Positions 1 through 12,648 of a stretch of 64,000 nt of DNA are shown in pieces. The DNA comes from Catajapyx aquilonaris (lineage: Eukaryota). Position numbers and translations under genes: made by a program. Every line of letters starts with the position of its first letter. Position 1 is the first letter of the stretch. The DNA lies in the NCBI GenBank assembly GCA_000934665.2, contig KZ538002.1:248001-312000 (forward strand), in the 5' to 3' direction. The notes beneath the pieces were generated by a model. It did no database searches, was not told where the DNA came from, and worked only from the letters and a program-made list of their open reading frames with translations.

Positions 1-3000
1 TGACTCAAAAAGGTCAGATGCCATCCCAAAAATATGGTACGGAATAGTCTGAAAAGAGGCCAACGAACCTGGTCATTAGGTGGGAGTATTTGTTGAAAAT
101 GTGCGTAGTTGTGCGAGTATTTTGCGTAAAAGTGGAATAGAATGGTGGAGGTCCTGAGTGCAGATGCTTAATGAGAGGTGACCAAGACGCGTCTATGGGC
201 CGCTATATGTAGGCAGCTGCTCCGCCAATCGTAACGCGTCCTTTTGGTGGCCGTCCGAATGGGCTCCGAGGCCTATTAAACCGGTGACTAACGAGCAATT
301 AAAAGGCATGGGGGCTTACACTTTTGCGAGGGATAGACATATGACCGGGTTGGAGGCTATTTCCTGGGACCCCTTTTATTCGGAATGCTAGTCGCTCGGC
401 CGGCCTGGGAAAACATAACATCGAATGAAAAGCCCAGCGGGCGATAGTTTAATGTCAGCAGAATAGTACTAAATAATAATTCTGAGAACAATAACGCGTC
501 CCACCCATTAACCGGCCCGGGGTAATGGAGAATTTTAATAATTATGGCTTTTAATAGTTTCATGCTGTTTTATTTGCGTCTGCGTGAAATAAAAGGTTAG
601 GAGTAAATCACCGGCGTTTATCGTCGCGATATTTTATGTCTAGGCCTACGTTGTTGGGCCCACGACCAACATAATATGGACCAAATGACCGGGTATCATG
701 AATGATGGGGGAGGATTAGCCGGTTCCCATTTTTATGAATATTGTTACATAATAGCCTATGTATTCCATGGGCTCCCATGCGTGTTGTGGCATGTCCACT
801 ATTATGCCATAAATATTATGTCCATTCGGAAGCCGTGATGCGTCCAATTTTCAGCTCGGAACCCTGCTAGGCACCAGACCTATACCATTCACACAGTTTA
901 AGTCTCTTTATGCGGTGCCCAGCCCCATTGTTGCCCCAATTGTGGCACAGCTCACCTGGTCAAATCTGGCGCCAGGTGTGATCAATTCCTGCTAAAAAGT
1001 GCCGCCGTTTTTAAACATTTTTTAGCCTGTTGCTATATATGCTGCTGGTGTTCCCCCTCCCTCCCTCCCTCCCTCCTTCCATCCCTCCCTCCCCGCCTCT
1101 CCCCATCCAGCATACGCCGGCGTGTGGTAATTGCAGAGCCCGGAAGGTCTGCTTTTGTCCTAATAGCTACAAGAGGTAGTACAAGTGTAGTGCTTAATTC
1201 GTAAAGTGAGCTTGGCCCGCTCGGCTTTTACTGTCAATGCTGCTGGATGGGGAGCCGTATAAATGGCTAATGCGCCGGTAATTTACGGAGGAAGTTAGGT
1301 TAGAAACATTGCATTTCTGAAGCTTTCATATTTCATTAAGACTTCATTAGATTTCGATAAATTAATTATGACTTTTGATCGAGCTTTGCCACAATGTATT
1401 ATGAAAACTAAGCGCATTTCCAGGGGCCCCCTCCCACTCAAAAGCGAGCCGCCATCCGGAGTTAAGTACAGATGCGCGGGGAAATTAGCCTATATTAAGG
1501 AAGAAGGGGAAGGCGGGGTGGGAGGGAGCGGGGAGGGGGAAGGACCCAAAAGCACTGAATTCTCTACTTCAAAGGGTAATACTTTGCTTTGTAATTTCTA
1601 CCGAGTTCCAATTATATCAAAGATCAAGTTTTGTCCCGAATTTTAATAGGTAGCTTGAGTGTGGGCCGACAATGAAACTCTTGCGGTGTTGCAGACTTCA
1701 GGGGAGCCAAAGGAGTTTGAAATTTCCGGTACTTTGAGACCTGTTGTTCATCTTTCACTGTTGTGTTTTCCCCCTTCTTCCCCCTTATTCGCAAGGAGGG
1801 TAGAAGAATATCCCTAAAGTCGAGTTGGGAAACATTCCTAGTTCATTAAAACTCAAACCAAACGGGTCATGTCGTGTCGCCTAACTCACTTGATCAGGTT
1901 TCAAGCTATACTGACAGAAATGGTCTCAAAGGATACCTTCCAGGATTCATTTTGGGATGCACCATTGGTACTAGATTATTTTCTTAAGAATATCGATGAA
2001 AAAGTACAAGTTTTTAAATACCTGTTCTGGGCTCGAATATTTTGCATTTAAAATCAAAATTGAATTTCATTTTTTCAACTTTTCCAACTGGTACACCTCA
2101 AAATGAATCCTGGAAGAGTTCCTTTTCCTCAGTACAACCAGTTCCTTTTAGATAGGAGTCTGAAATCTGGGCAATCAAAGTGGCGCAAGATGTCGTTACG
2201 AAACACAGTCGTGCACATCTGATGGCGCTTGATAACCGCCCTCCCACACCGAATATTTCCCCCAAAAATGGGCCAGTAATTGTGCCTGGTCCGCCGATAC
2301 ACTTGGAGATGGCCGTGTATTAACGGGTCTTTTGAACAGGCCAAATCGGCACCTTTCCCTCAGGTAATGACTGCCATGACCTGGGTAATTGATTAGCCTG
2401 GCCGCATTGTGTCGGCGGGGGCGTGTGTGCCAAACATATAAGTACTGGACTATAGGAAATTATTTCCCAAATCTGAGGACGATGCGATTTACGATGTATG
2501 CGTGTCGCCTTGTCTTGCCGGCAGAGGGGGGGGAAATAATTAGTAAGTGTTGGCAATCAACTTGATTTATCGGCGATTTATGACAAGAATGTGGCTCATC
2601 TCATTTCTGCCATTTTTTAGGGCAGCCCATCAGCCAATTAGGGTGAGTGGTACGGCCTCGCCAAATGTGCTTTTTCTGAGAAAGAAAACCTGGGCAGCTT
2701 GTCGCAAAAAGCTTGGCGAGAAAATGCATATATGTTCCCAGGGCATGATCAGATGGGAGCTTTGTGTACATGCAAATACTGGAAAACACACACACCTGAT
2801 ATATGTAAATGACATTTGTAACCCGCACTCAAAATTGCAATCAACATTTTGGGCAGTGGTGGGTTCCTCAGCTATTTTTTTATGTGGTGTCATTAGTGTG
2901 GGGGGAACAGCGCGTAATTAACAGTTAACGAAATTAATAAACAGAGTCGGCGGCGCTTGTCAGGAATCGCCGGCAAATGGGGATAAAATTCAGCTTTTGC

Positions 3001-5800
3001 AGCGCCGCAAGGAAGGATGCCCCGCGGGGATTGGTTCTTGTTGCCTGCTGCTGTTGCCTCCGCCAACCCAAAAATGTACAATTTATAAAGCGTCATGCTG
3101 GCCGTTATTTCTAGCGGAAACTGCCAGCCAACCATCTTTCCCCCCTATATATACTATGAGGCTTGGTCATGTGACAGGGCTGCAACTAGGGAGAAGAACA
3201 TGTTAACCGCCCACTCTTCATATGGCCAGGTATAGCTGCTTCTTAGTTCTTTAAAGCTGTTGGGGGGTTTATCTGCTAATATGCAGGTTTTGAATAGTGT
3301 GGACTCACCCAGTATGTATAATATTTTTACATATCAGTTTTGGGATGGGGAGAGGGTGGCTGTCATTATTGTGGCCTCCACAACAATTGATATCCGGGGG
3401 ATTGTACATATTATGCGTGTTTGACATGCTGAATCGGTAATTGGCGAGCGGTGTTGAATTAGTTGCACCTGCGGAATGTTAGTTTTTTGGGGTGCCCCCT
3501 CGCCCACCCCCCCTCTGACGTTACAATGATCCGCGATGGGTATCAATGATGAAACTATTGATAGCCGGAGCGGTTTTAAACACCCACTCATTGAAATGGA
3601 AGAGAGGACGCGATGAAATGTTAATAAACCCCCGCAGACGATGTAGCGAATTCGATGGATTCATTGTCGAGGGCTGGGTGGTGGGGTGTTGCGTGGAAAT
3701 AGTGCGGAATATCCCCTCATTAAAACATGCCAAGTTTGTTGTGGAGTAGGGGCCTTTGAAGTTGATAACTACTTAGCAGAGGCCTGAAGATGCAATTAAG
3801 ACGAGATATGTTGCAAGGAGGGGGGTGCGGGTGTTTTGCATATAAATCGTATCCTAAGAGGTGAGCAACGTGGCGATCAAGAATGAAACGCCTGTTGCAT
3901 ACATGCCAGGTTAAATTATGGGCAAGCTCAGAGTAAACACTAATTAAGTGACGAAATCATAAACAAAATTTGATAGCCATTGTAGGAAGCTACTATTTCA
4001 GATAAGCCGCGATTATTTCCTTTGCTAATATTCCCCCGGTTTTTTCCGAGCGAGTGGATGCAGACATGTCCAGAGTGACTATTTTAAGCTCCTATTAAAA
4101 TTCCGTCAAACGCCCTCCTCTTTTTGAGTCCCTGAGGCGTGCCACTCGTGTGAAGACACATGCACATGCATAGCAAGTCGTGCCATATTGACAAAAAGGA
4201 CCAACATCCTCCCAGTCCCTCCCCCCCCTTCCAGCAATTTCCCAAAGCTAGTAAACAAGATTTCCCTTCCTCGCATGCATATTACATGCTGAGATCTTAT
4301 CCCAGGGATGGGAAGCAGGGCAAAAGCCTATAAAGTGAAGCTTGCGGATGCTATAGAGGAAGCTATCTTTCCAGGAGACTAACGTCTAGGTACACAGCCA
4401 GCTTCTAGGAAGAGTAAAAAAAATAGCTTCTTGGTTACGTTTCTTCAAGTACTTGGGCACACACCTTGTGTTCATAAATAGGCTTATAAAGACGCCTTTC
4501 CGGCCTAAATAATGGGTAATTGGATCCTCGTTGAATATTTAATGGTTTCACTTTGGTGTTTTACGCACTTGTCAACTGTGGCGTAAATGCGTGGATTTCA
4601 CGTTATTTGAAGCGGTGTATGCGCACTACGGTGCTCCATATCTGTAAAAATATAGGGTCCGGTGGGAGGGCTGGAGAGTTAGGTGTCAAATAATTATAGG
4701 GCGACATCTGGCAAGGCCCCGAAATGGGTATTGCATCAGTGCAATAAAGCCATCAAGAGTCACGTGAAAATTCTCCAAAGACTAACTAGGTGCAAACTTG
4801 ATCCACTCGTTTAATATCTTTCCTAATCTCCCCCCGTGTAGTTATCATTTTGTTGGCAACAGCTGCCCGGGATTCTTTTGTTTACATCTCAATCTGTCAT
4901 TGGACTGGCGACTGGTGGATATATGCATAAAAAAGCAGCATTTGGCGCTGTTCATTGACATTTTTTTGAATTCGTACTGCACTTTATCTTATCTCCCGAT
5001 GCTTATATATATTTGGGCGATAATCGTAGCCCCCGATGGGGGACACTTGAGAAGAGCGCGACAGATGTTTCCCAGGAACGGATTCTGATCAACGCTCTTT
5101 TATCTAGCAGTTCTCTGATGCGAACCGCCGTCTGCTACTTCGTGATTTGCGATTCGATGCGATCTGGGCCGATGAGCGACAGCCATTCAGCCCTTTTGAT
5201 TCGCCTTTTTTCTTTCACACCCTGTCCCTCCAACTGGCATTGCGTTACCGGCCTTTCCAATCAAATAAATCCGCACGAATTACATCGGGGGGGGGGGGGG
5301 GGGGGGGNGGGGGGGGGGAGTTGAAAACAACAAAGATGGATTACTCCCCCCCTTTTGAACATACCCATGAAACTATGCCCTTCGAGTATATACATGGGTG
5401 TGTGTGTGTGTGGAATCAGCTAGTTGAGTAAGTAACGGCGAGGCTGGCACATTGCAAGACAGATGGGCGTGGATTAAATTACGAGCCATAATGACCGTAA
5501 TTAATGGCATATGCCTCTGTTGCAGGGTCTAATGAAGTGAAGGTGTTGCCTTGTTTTAAGTTTTCTATTTGGCGGGGTTGCAGGGGGAGAGAGAATGGCG
5601 GGGAGGTAAAGAGAAACGAGGGAGAGAGAGAAAAAGATATGAGAGAGAAATATCCGGGGCTCCCCTGCTGTTACACTTGCCCAAAAGAGCAGCCAATAAA
5701 GAACACCAGCCCTATATTAGGTAGAAGAGGCCTCCGTGGGGATGAAACATAACCTTGCTGTAGGTTTGCTTTATTGCAGGCCTTTCTACTGCGCATAGAT

Positions 5801-5840
5801 AAGGAAGGAAGGAATGAAGGAAGGAAGGAAGGAAGGAAGG
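5801..5840. repeat. (GGAA)n microsatellite, imperfect
   Basis: Directly visible. Confidence 0.85.
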
Positions 5841-6207
5841 GAAAACGAGTTACGGTGGAGCTCAGAGTTTTTTTTTTGTTTGGAAGGAAAAATAGGCATT
5901 AAGAAATATTGCGGCCAAATATTTTAACTATTCTGCCAGAATCTGTTTTTGCGCAAAAACATTCCAGGAGTTTATTTATATACCGGTATATTATAATGCA
6001 AATTTATAAACACAGTATAGATAGCTAGATTCTTCTCAGAAATATTTATTTAGCTACGCAGTATTTCTAGGTTGGACATGTTACGCGATACTTCTGTCTT
6101 GAAAGGTTGTTTGGTTCAGAGAGAGCGATGTGGTCAATAGCTAAGGGGAGTGAGGAGGCGTTTGAAACACAATTCCTCTCTCCCTCCACTGTCCCGAGAG
6201 TGACTTT

Positions 6208-6437
6208 CCTAGATTCTTCGAAAAAGTACTCTTTTCATCGAAAGATGTATCAGTATTATGAGTGCATCGCAGTATACTTATGGACAAGTAACAGACTTCT
6301 CGAATTTTCTAGAAAGTGGGCCATCCTAGATTATTCGAAAAAGTGTTATTTTCATCAGAAGATGTAACAATATCAGAAGTGCGTCGCAGTAGCCTTATGG
6401 GCAAGTAACATCCTTCTTGACTTTCCTAGAAAGTTGG
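6208..6437. repeat. Diverged tandem duplication, unit about 117 bp x2
   Basis: CCTAGATT(C/A)TTCGAAAAAGT...TCGCAGTA...CTTATGG(A/G)CAAGTAACA...CTAGAAAGT at 6208 and 6325. Confidence 0.85.
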
Positions 6438-7519
6438 ACAAGCCGAAACATTTTCATTTCAATGAATTTGCTGTGTATCTGCTGCCTCCTTGAATTTACC
6501 ATGTTTTTGCACGGAGGTACTCAGTTGTTAATAAGATGACGTCAGTGTATGGTATAAAATAACATTTCGGAAGCGAAGTGCTTGGGGGGGTCATCTCTAC
6601 AGAAGGTTCGTTGAAATACTCCACAAATGCACAGTGCACTCGACACATTCATGCGTCCACACAATGCGGTTTTGAGATTCGTGGGGCCCACTAAATCACA
6701 CGTCTTGAGAGGTACAACAATGCCGGCGCATAATAATGGGGGATCGGGAAGGGTCTTCTCTTAAATGAACTGCACCGAATCAACTCCAGTGTTGTTTGGC
6801 CATACCCACCATTCTGAAGCCCACCCCTGCAATTGTGTGAAATCGAATTCATCCCGCAGAAGTAGTCCCCATATTTCAATTCGCCCTCCCGAAAATTTCC
6901 GCTTTCAAAAGTCATTGTTGTTTTGCCCCTTTCCCATCACCTATATTTTTTTCGGGTCTATCTGAGAGGCCCATCGCAAGACCTTTTTTTATTATTATTG
7001 TCCGAGGGTACTTGACGCCATATTGGGAGGTCCGCTGTGCACATGGCGCCGTAATACTGGAAAGGGACAGTATTGAAACTAAAATCCGTGGCGCCCCGGA
7101 GCGGGACGAAAGCATTTTAAAAAAAAGGAAGAATAAAGCGGTCATTAATGAAGGGCATTAAAATGGTTGGGGAAAAAAAGTTTGGAAATTCAATAGCGTT
7201 TTTAGAGGATCTTTGACTCGTTTCCATTAACGCTTTTTTTTGAAGGCATGCGAAGGAGAAATTCCATTTACTGGTGGCAACGACACAAATTTCGGCATAG
7301 CCTGGGCGTGAAAAGAATTCGCGTTTTTTTTTAAGCAAAAAAGAGATCTGTCACTGGAGAGCTATTTAATGAGGTAACGAGGAAATCCTTGGAGGTGCAA
7401 GGAGGGAAAAATGAGCGGACTGGAATTCTGGAAGAAAGTGAAACTAGAAAAACTGTTGGTGAAAGTTTTCAGTGCTATTAGCGGGTGTGCCAAAAGTAAC
7501 GTATTTCTAGGTGATGGGA

Positions 7520-8261
7520 CACGCTGAGAATTAGCACAATTGATATGCCAGAGATATAGCTTCAGTTTATGCATTAGTGCTGTAAAATCAACTTAATATA
7601 TAGATATTTTTCTTGTTAAACTTGAATCTCTTCCAGGATTTATGTTGCGGTGCACCACGATAATTTGTTTGGAAGTTGTTCCTAATAATACCAGATGAAA
7701 AAATGAAGGTCAGTTTTTTCTTGATCTGTTGTCAGAGTAGCAAAAAACTCGATTTTAAAGTTGAGAATTTGCGGTTTTTCACATTTGAAATGGTCGCCGA
7801 AGGTGCTAAGAACATGGCAAAAATTATAACTATAATTGTTATGCAAATTGTAGATAATGACCAATATTTGAGACGCTCGATTGTTCATGAACAATAATTT
7901 TAATGGAATTTAAAATGCGCGTATTCGTGATTCCCCATTGTTGTACCACATTGGATGCTGCCACACTGTTCAACAAGCATTGATTTTATTAAATACGTTT
8001 AAGTGAACAATACTACAAAATTTAACATCATCTACCATTGTCATAAAAATTAAAATCAAATTTCTACCAGGTTCCTAGCACCTTCTGTGCCATTGCAAAT
8101 TCTCAACCCTCAAGCCCAGGATTTTACTACTCGGAGAGTAGATATTTAAAAACTGTTCAGTTCACTTTTTCATCTATTATTAATAGGATCAACCACCAAT
8201 AAAAATTATCGCGGTAAACCGTAAAATCAATCCATTTCAAAATCGCAATTTTCTCAGCGCG
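7520..8261. mobile_element. Old AT-rich foldback (long inverted repeat) element
   Basis: About 7636-7920 is an imperfect reverse complement of about 7977-8233, e.g. GAAGGTGCTAAGAACATGG vs CCAGGTTCCTAGCACCTTC and GTTGAGAATTTGC vs GCAAATTCTCAAC. The outer match is CGCTGAGAA / TTCTCAGCG. Confidence 0.7.
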
Positions 8262-11200
8262 ACTTTTTACTATTTTATAAACCTAAGATTACGACGTCAG
8301 CCTCGATATTATTTCCATATTACTGACCTTACAGATAAATTTTCGAACTGTCACCTTTGCCTAACGAAGGAGGGCTTGCCAAAATAATGAAGACACGAAA
8401 AGTGTGTTGAAACAAACAACAGACTTCCATTACGGGAAACTTCCGCTCCTTAATCGTCATAAATTCATCTGGGAGGCCCCCACCGATTTTCTTTTTTTTC
8501 TTTTTTTGGGGGGGGGCCATATACTCCTCCAAGTCAAAAATGCCATCCCTCATTATGCTGGGAAGAAAAATTCCCTCGCCCTTGGAATTATTGAAAGCGC
8601 GCCCAAGTTTTCCCCAAGTTGAAGGCTGTTTGAGCCTCAGACTCGCATTGGATTTGATTTATGCAGTTTTAGAAGAGGGAAAAAAAGCCAAGAAGAGGTA
8701 TAGTTTCAAAAGAAAAAAGCTGGTGGCCATGTTGGGGAAGTCCTAATCGCCACTGACAACCTTCCTTCCTTTTCCCCAATCGAGCTACTTTGTCTAATTC
8801 GGGCCCCCAAAAGTTTGGCCGAATACAAAAAGAGCTGGGAGTTATAATGAGAAAAAAGGGATGGTAGGGAGAAGGTTCCACAGATTAAATCCAGGTCCCT
8901 CAGGACATCTTCCCTAATCAGCTCAGTGCTACCAAATACCATCTCCTGGTTCGTCACCGCCATTATACGCAGGACATGAGTTATCCCGTTTCTGAAGACA
9001 CATAGCAGCACGAGGGGCGCGTGGATGGGCACACGAGGCTTGATTATCCTCGCCTCAGCCTCGTTGGCACCATTGGACCCATCTCCGGGGTTGTCAGGTG
9101 GAAAGGAGAGAGAGAAAGGGACTAGAACACTTAAACTCCAAATCTTCCGAACGGGAGTCATCCTTGGACTTAATGCATTTGGTCCCCTCTTGGCTAATAA
9201 ATGGATGCAGGATGGGAAGTCATGAGGCGGCAATGTTTTCCAGGTGTCCAAGATGGCGGTGTTGAGGCAGGGTGGGGCAGGGTTGCCAGGAGCCACCAGG
9301 GTTGCCAAAACGCGTCAACTCTTACAAATGGTCAGATTTTACACAAAAAAGTGCCACAGCTTCTTCCACTTAACTGCCAGTTAATTATAGGGGTTTTTTC
9401 CCCTCTAGTTGCTATTAACGAAACCAGCGCCTTTTCCCTCCTCATTCCCCAGTCCAGAAGTCAAGGGAAACTGAACTTATTAATAATTAAAGAGGGGGAA
9501 GCATGGCATCGATTAGACTTCATTTTTGTGTTAATTAGACGGATTTTAATACGCATTCTTTTGGAAAGATATCTTGTGGAAGTTTTATTATTACGGGGCG
9601 TAACGAAGACCACTCGATGAATACCCTGATGCTTGTTGATATTGCCGATTAATTTTGCAAGAAGTACCTTACTCATCTCCATCAAGTTTTCAAATAGGGA
9701 GGGACGGGTTCGAGCGGCTGGGAACTAGCGATTTGTTAACGTAATTACTTCTAAGAATTAATTGGCGGGTAAGTTTTGTCGGTTCTTAACTTCTTCGGAG
9801 GGGTTGTTTCGGCATTAAGTTGATTGCAGTCGATTTGATCGGGAGACATCCCATTTTGATTAATTTCTCCCCACCAAGTTTGGGAAGATGAGCTTAACAA
9901 TGGACAAGAAGACACATTTTCCCCATTGTTCATAAAAATATATAGAAACAACGGGCCAGACAGATGGTGGGTAGAGAGTCAATATCCGTCTTCCTGGTCG
10001 AGCTTCACTTACTCTTAACTAACAACTGACGTCTCATTTTCTGACCCCTAACTCATTCTTCCGCACTTCCGCCACCATGAACATGACCTGACCCTTTTTT
10101 ACCACCACACTGTACATGCAAAAATGTTCAAAATGAGTCAGCCATTAATCAACCAGCTTTTTTTGCGGAAACCGAGCACGGAAAATGTAGAGACGCGATC
10201 CAAATACAGCCCCACTGTCGCACCCTAGTTTCACTTGTATAACAATTTACTTACAAGGTGTAGGTCCTCGCTAAATTTTTTTTTGCAACACTTGATGTTC
10301 GAAGGATATACAAAAAAAGTTGCAAGAGAGGGGAGAAAAGAGTTTTTTTTTTCGAGGCATAGATAAGGAAATGAATTTGAGAGCTTGATATGGAGGAAAA
10401 GAGTAGGGGCGCTCTTTATTTAAAAGAGTAAATTAAAAAGACTCTTTAACAGGACTCTAGCGACTTTCCGGGTTTCTTCCGAAAAATTGCTTTCCCCTCG
10501 AGAAAGTTGGCCTCCAACTCGGCTGTTTATACGCTGGAAGTTTTGGGACGAGATAGGGTAGAAGCAGCTATGCTTATGAAGGGCCTTTAAAAAAAGTTCA
10601 TCCACCTAAGTAGTGACTTTAATTTTGAATTAGTGTGTAAAATACGTAATGTGTGCACTAAACGAGTGTAAATTCTGTTGGAAATGAAGAGTGAAAATTT
10701 AAGAGCCCTTCACGTCACGCCCAGTTACGTTTCTTCCTAGACGAATTCTGGCGCCAAAGTATATTGTAACTGTTGGTCCAAACAAAAATATGCTACATTT
10801 TATCAGCCAGTGACGAATGTATATGTTACTGATAACATTTTAGACGCACATATGTGTTTATGAAAACCTGGTAACTTGGCCTTTTGAAGCTGCCTCATCA
10901 AAGTGTAATTTCTGGGAGCGTGTTTGGACATAAGTGGTTTTTGGAGCTCCAGACTCATCTCTTTCTCTCCCCGACTTGACACTCAGCAGACCGGCGTCTT
11001 TATCGTGTCCACCATCACTTTTTTTTCTATTTTTTGTCTGCTAGGAAAAGTCATAAGGCACGTCTTGGAAGGCACGGAGGGGACAAAACCGTCATTCGGT
11101 TCTGACTAATACGAATTCGCTCCCGGCAAATGTTGCATTCTGATGACACTAATGCAGATTTTATCTCCCAGATATTAGGAGTGGAGGGGGGAATGCATTT

Positions 11201-12573
11201 CACATTCAGAACACGCCTGAGGCATTTGATTCCCCCCAACTGCCAGCTACCCCCCCCCCCCCCTGTTCCAAACCGCCATTCCCGATTCCAATTGGTGAGA
11301 TCGTGGCTCTTCCTAAACTCCATAATAACCAGCTTGGAAAAGACGTAATGTCTACCTTCCCAATGAAGGATTGCTGTACACATTTTTTGAAAGGAAATTG
11401 CTATGTCCAAAGCTGGCGTAATGGAGGAGTCGAGAGCATCACTCACGACCATTGGCATAAGAAGAGCGTTGTGTAGGAGTGGTGGAGGTCACCGTTTCTT
11501 TTCGGGGTCACGTCTTAGTCTAAACAGTTTAAAAGTATCACTTGGAAGTATAAACTGTGCAGGAGGCAAACAGATTTGTGAAACCAGACGCAGACTTGAC
11601 GGCCTTTTCCCCATTATCTTGAGTGTCGAATGTAGTGTGTCTCTCTTCAGTTTTCGGATTGCTTTACAGGGTGGGTTTAAAATTTCGCAACTTGAGGAGG
11701 ATCCATGGCGCCTCCAGAGATAACGATGACAATATCAATTGCGGTCCCTGAAAATAAAACACTGCTGTGGCTCAACAAGTTCTGCTGATGTATCCCAGAG
11801 TCGAGAAATTCCCTTCTTGGTTTTTCTCCCACCAACCTTGACAAAAGGAGCCCCTACACCAAATACAAGCTGGAATGCCGAACAATTTGGATTCTGTCAG
11901 GCCTCATTCCATTTTTCATTCGGACGCTTTCCAGACCGCCTAGCTCTCCGAATCGCCACACATTCAAAATATTTGGGCCCAGAAAACTGGCTGAAACAAA
12001 CAGTTGCGTAACTCAACACTAAGTAATTCAACACAACTGACCTAGGCGCCTTCGCTATACATAAACACAGTGAGAAATGTTTTTGCGCTGGGTATCGATA
12101 ATTAAAAATATATTATCGATACACATTCCTTTTTTAAAGCATTCAATTTGGTCCAGCGCAATATTTAGCAGTGCTGTAGTTATAATTCTTACTGCTCGGG
12201 GATTTAAGGCGACAGAAATATGCAGAGTGGATTTACCTGAGATTACTTAGGGATTTCCGCAACAAAGCTCCAGGAAGATTATCGCTTGGCATCCCTACCC
12301 CCCATCCCTTCTCCCCCCCCAAAGGTGCTGTAAATCGAAATTCCCGGAGAAAATTGTGGCACCCGAGAAGTCGTAATCGTAATCTGGAGCAAAAATATAG
12401 GGGGCAAAGTGTTTCGGGTTGTGTGTGCAGTTATGAACCTCTTTCCTCTTCTTTCTTTTTCTCTGGCCGAAAAGCAAGCAAGCAAGCAAGCACACTGGCG
12501 CACCACAGCCGTTCCATAATAAATCCACCTGCAGCTTAATTGGAAAAGTTCAGCATCTCCCTTCCAACTTTGG

Positions 12574-12648
12574 ATATGAATCTCATGCAAAATAAAATCA
12601 CCTTGCTGCAATATGAATCTCGTGCAGAAGAAAATCACCTCGTTGCAA
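12574..12648. repeat. Direct duplication with 37-bp period
   Basis: ATATGAATCTC(A/G)TGCA..A.AAAATCACCT.G.TGCAA at 12574 and 12611. Confidence 0.85.

Noticed and set aside
1955..2098. Possible small MITE with GATGCACCATTGG / CCAACTGGTACACC ends
   Set aside because: The inverted match is too short and imperfect, and there is no clear TSD.
8706..9308. 200-aa minus-strand ORF
   Set aside because: No recognisable domain or transposase/RT motif.
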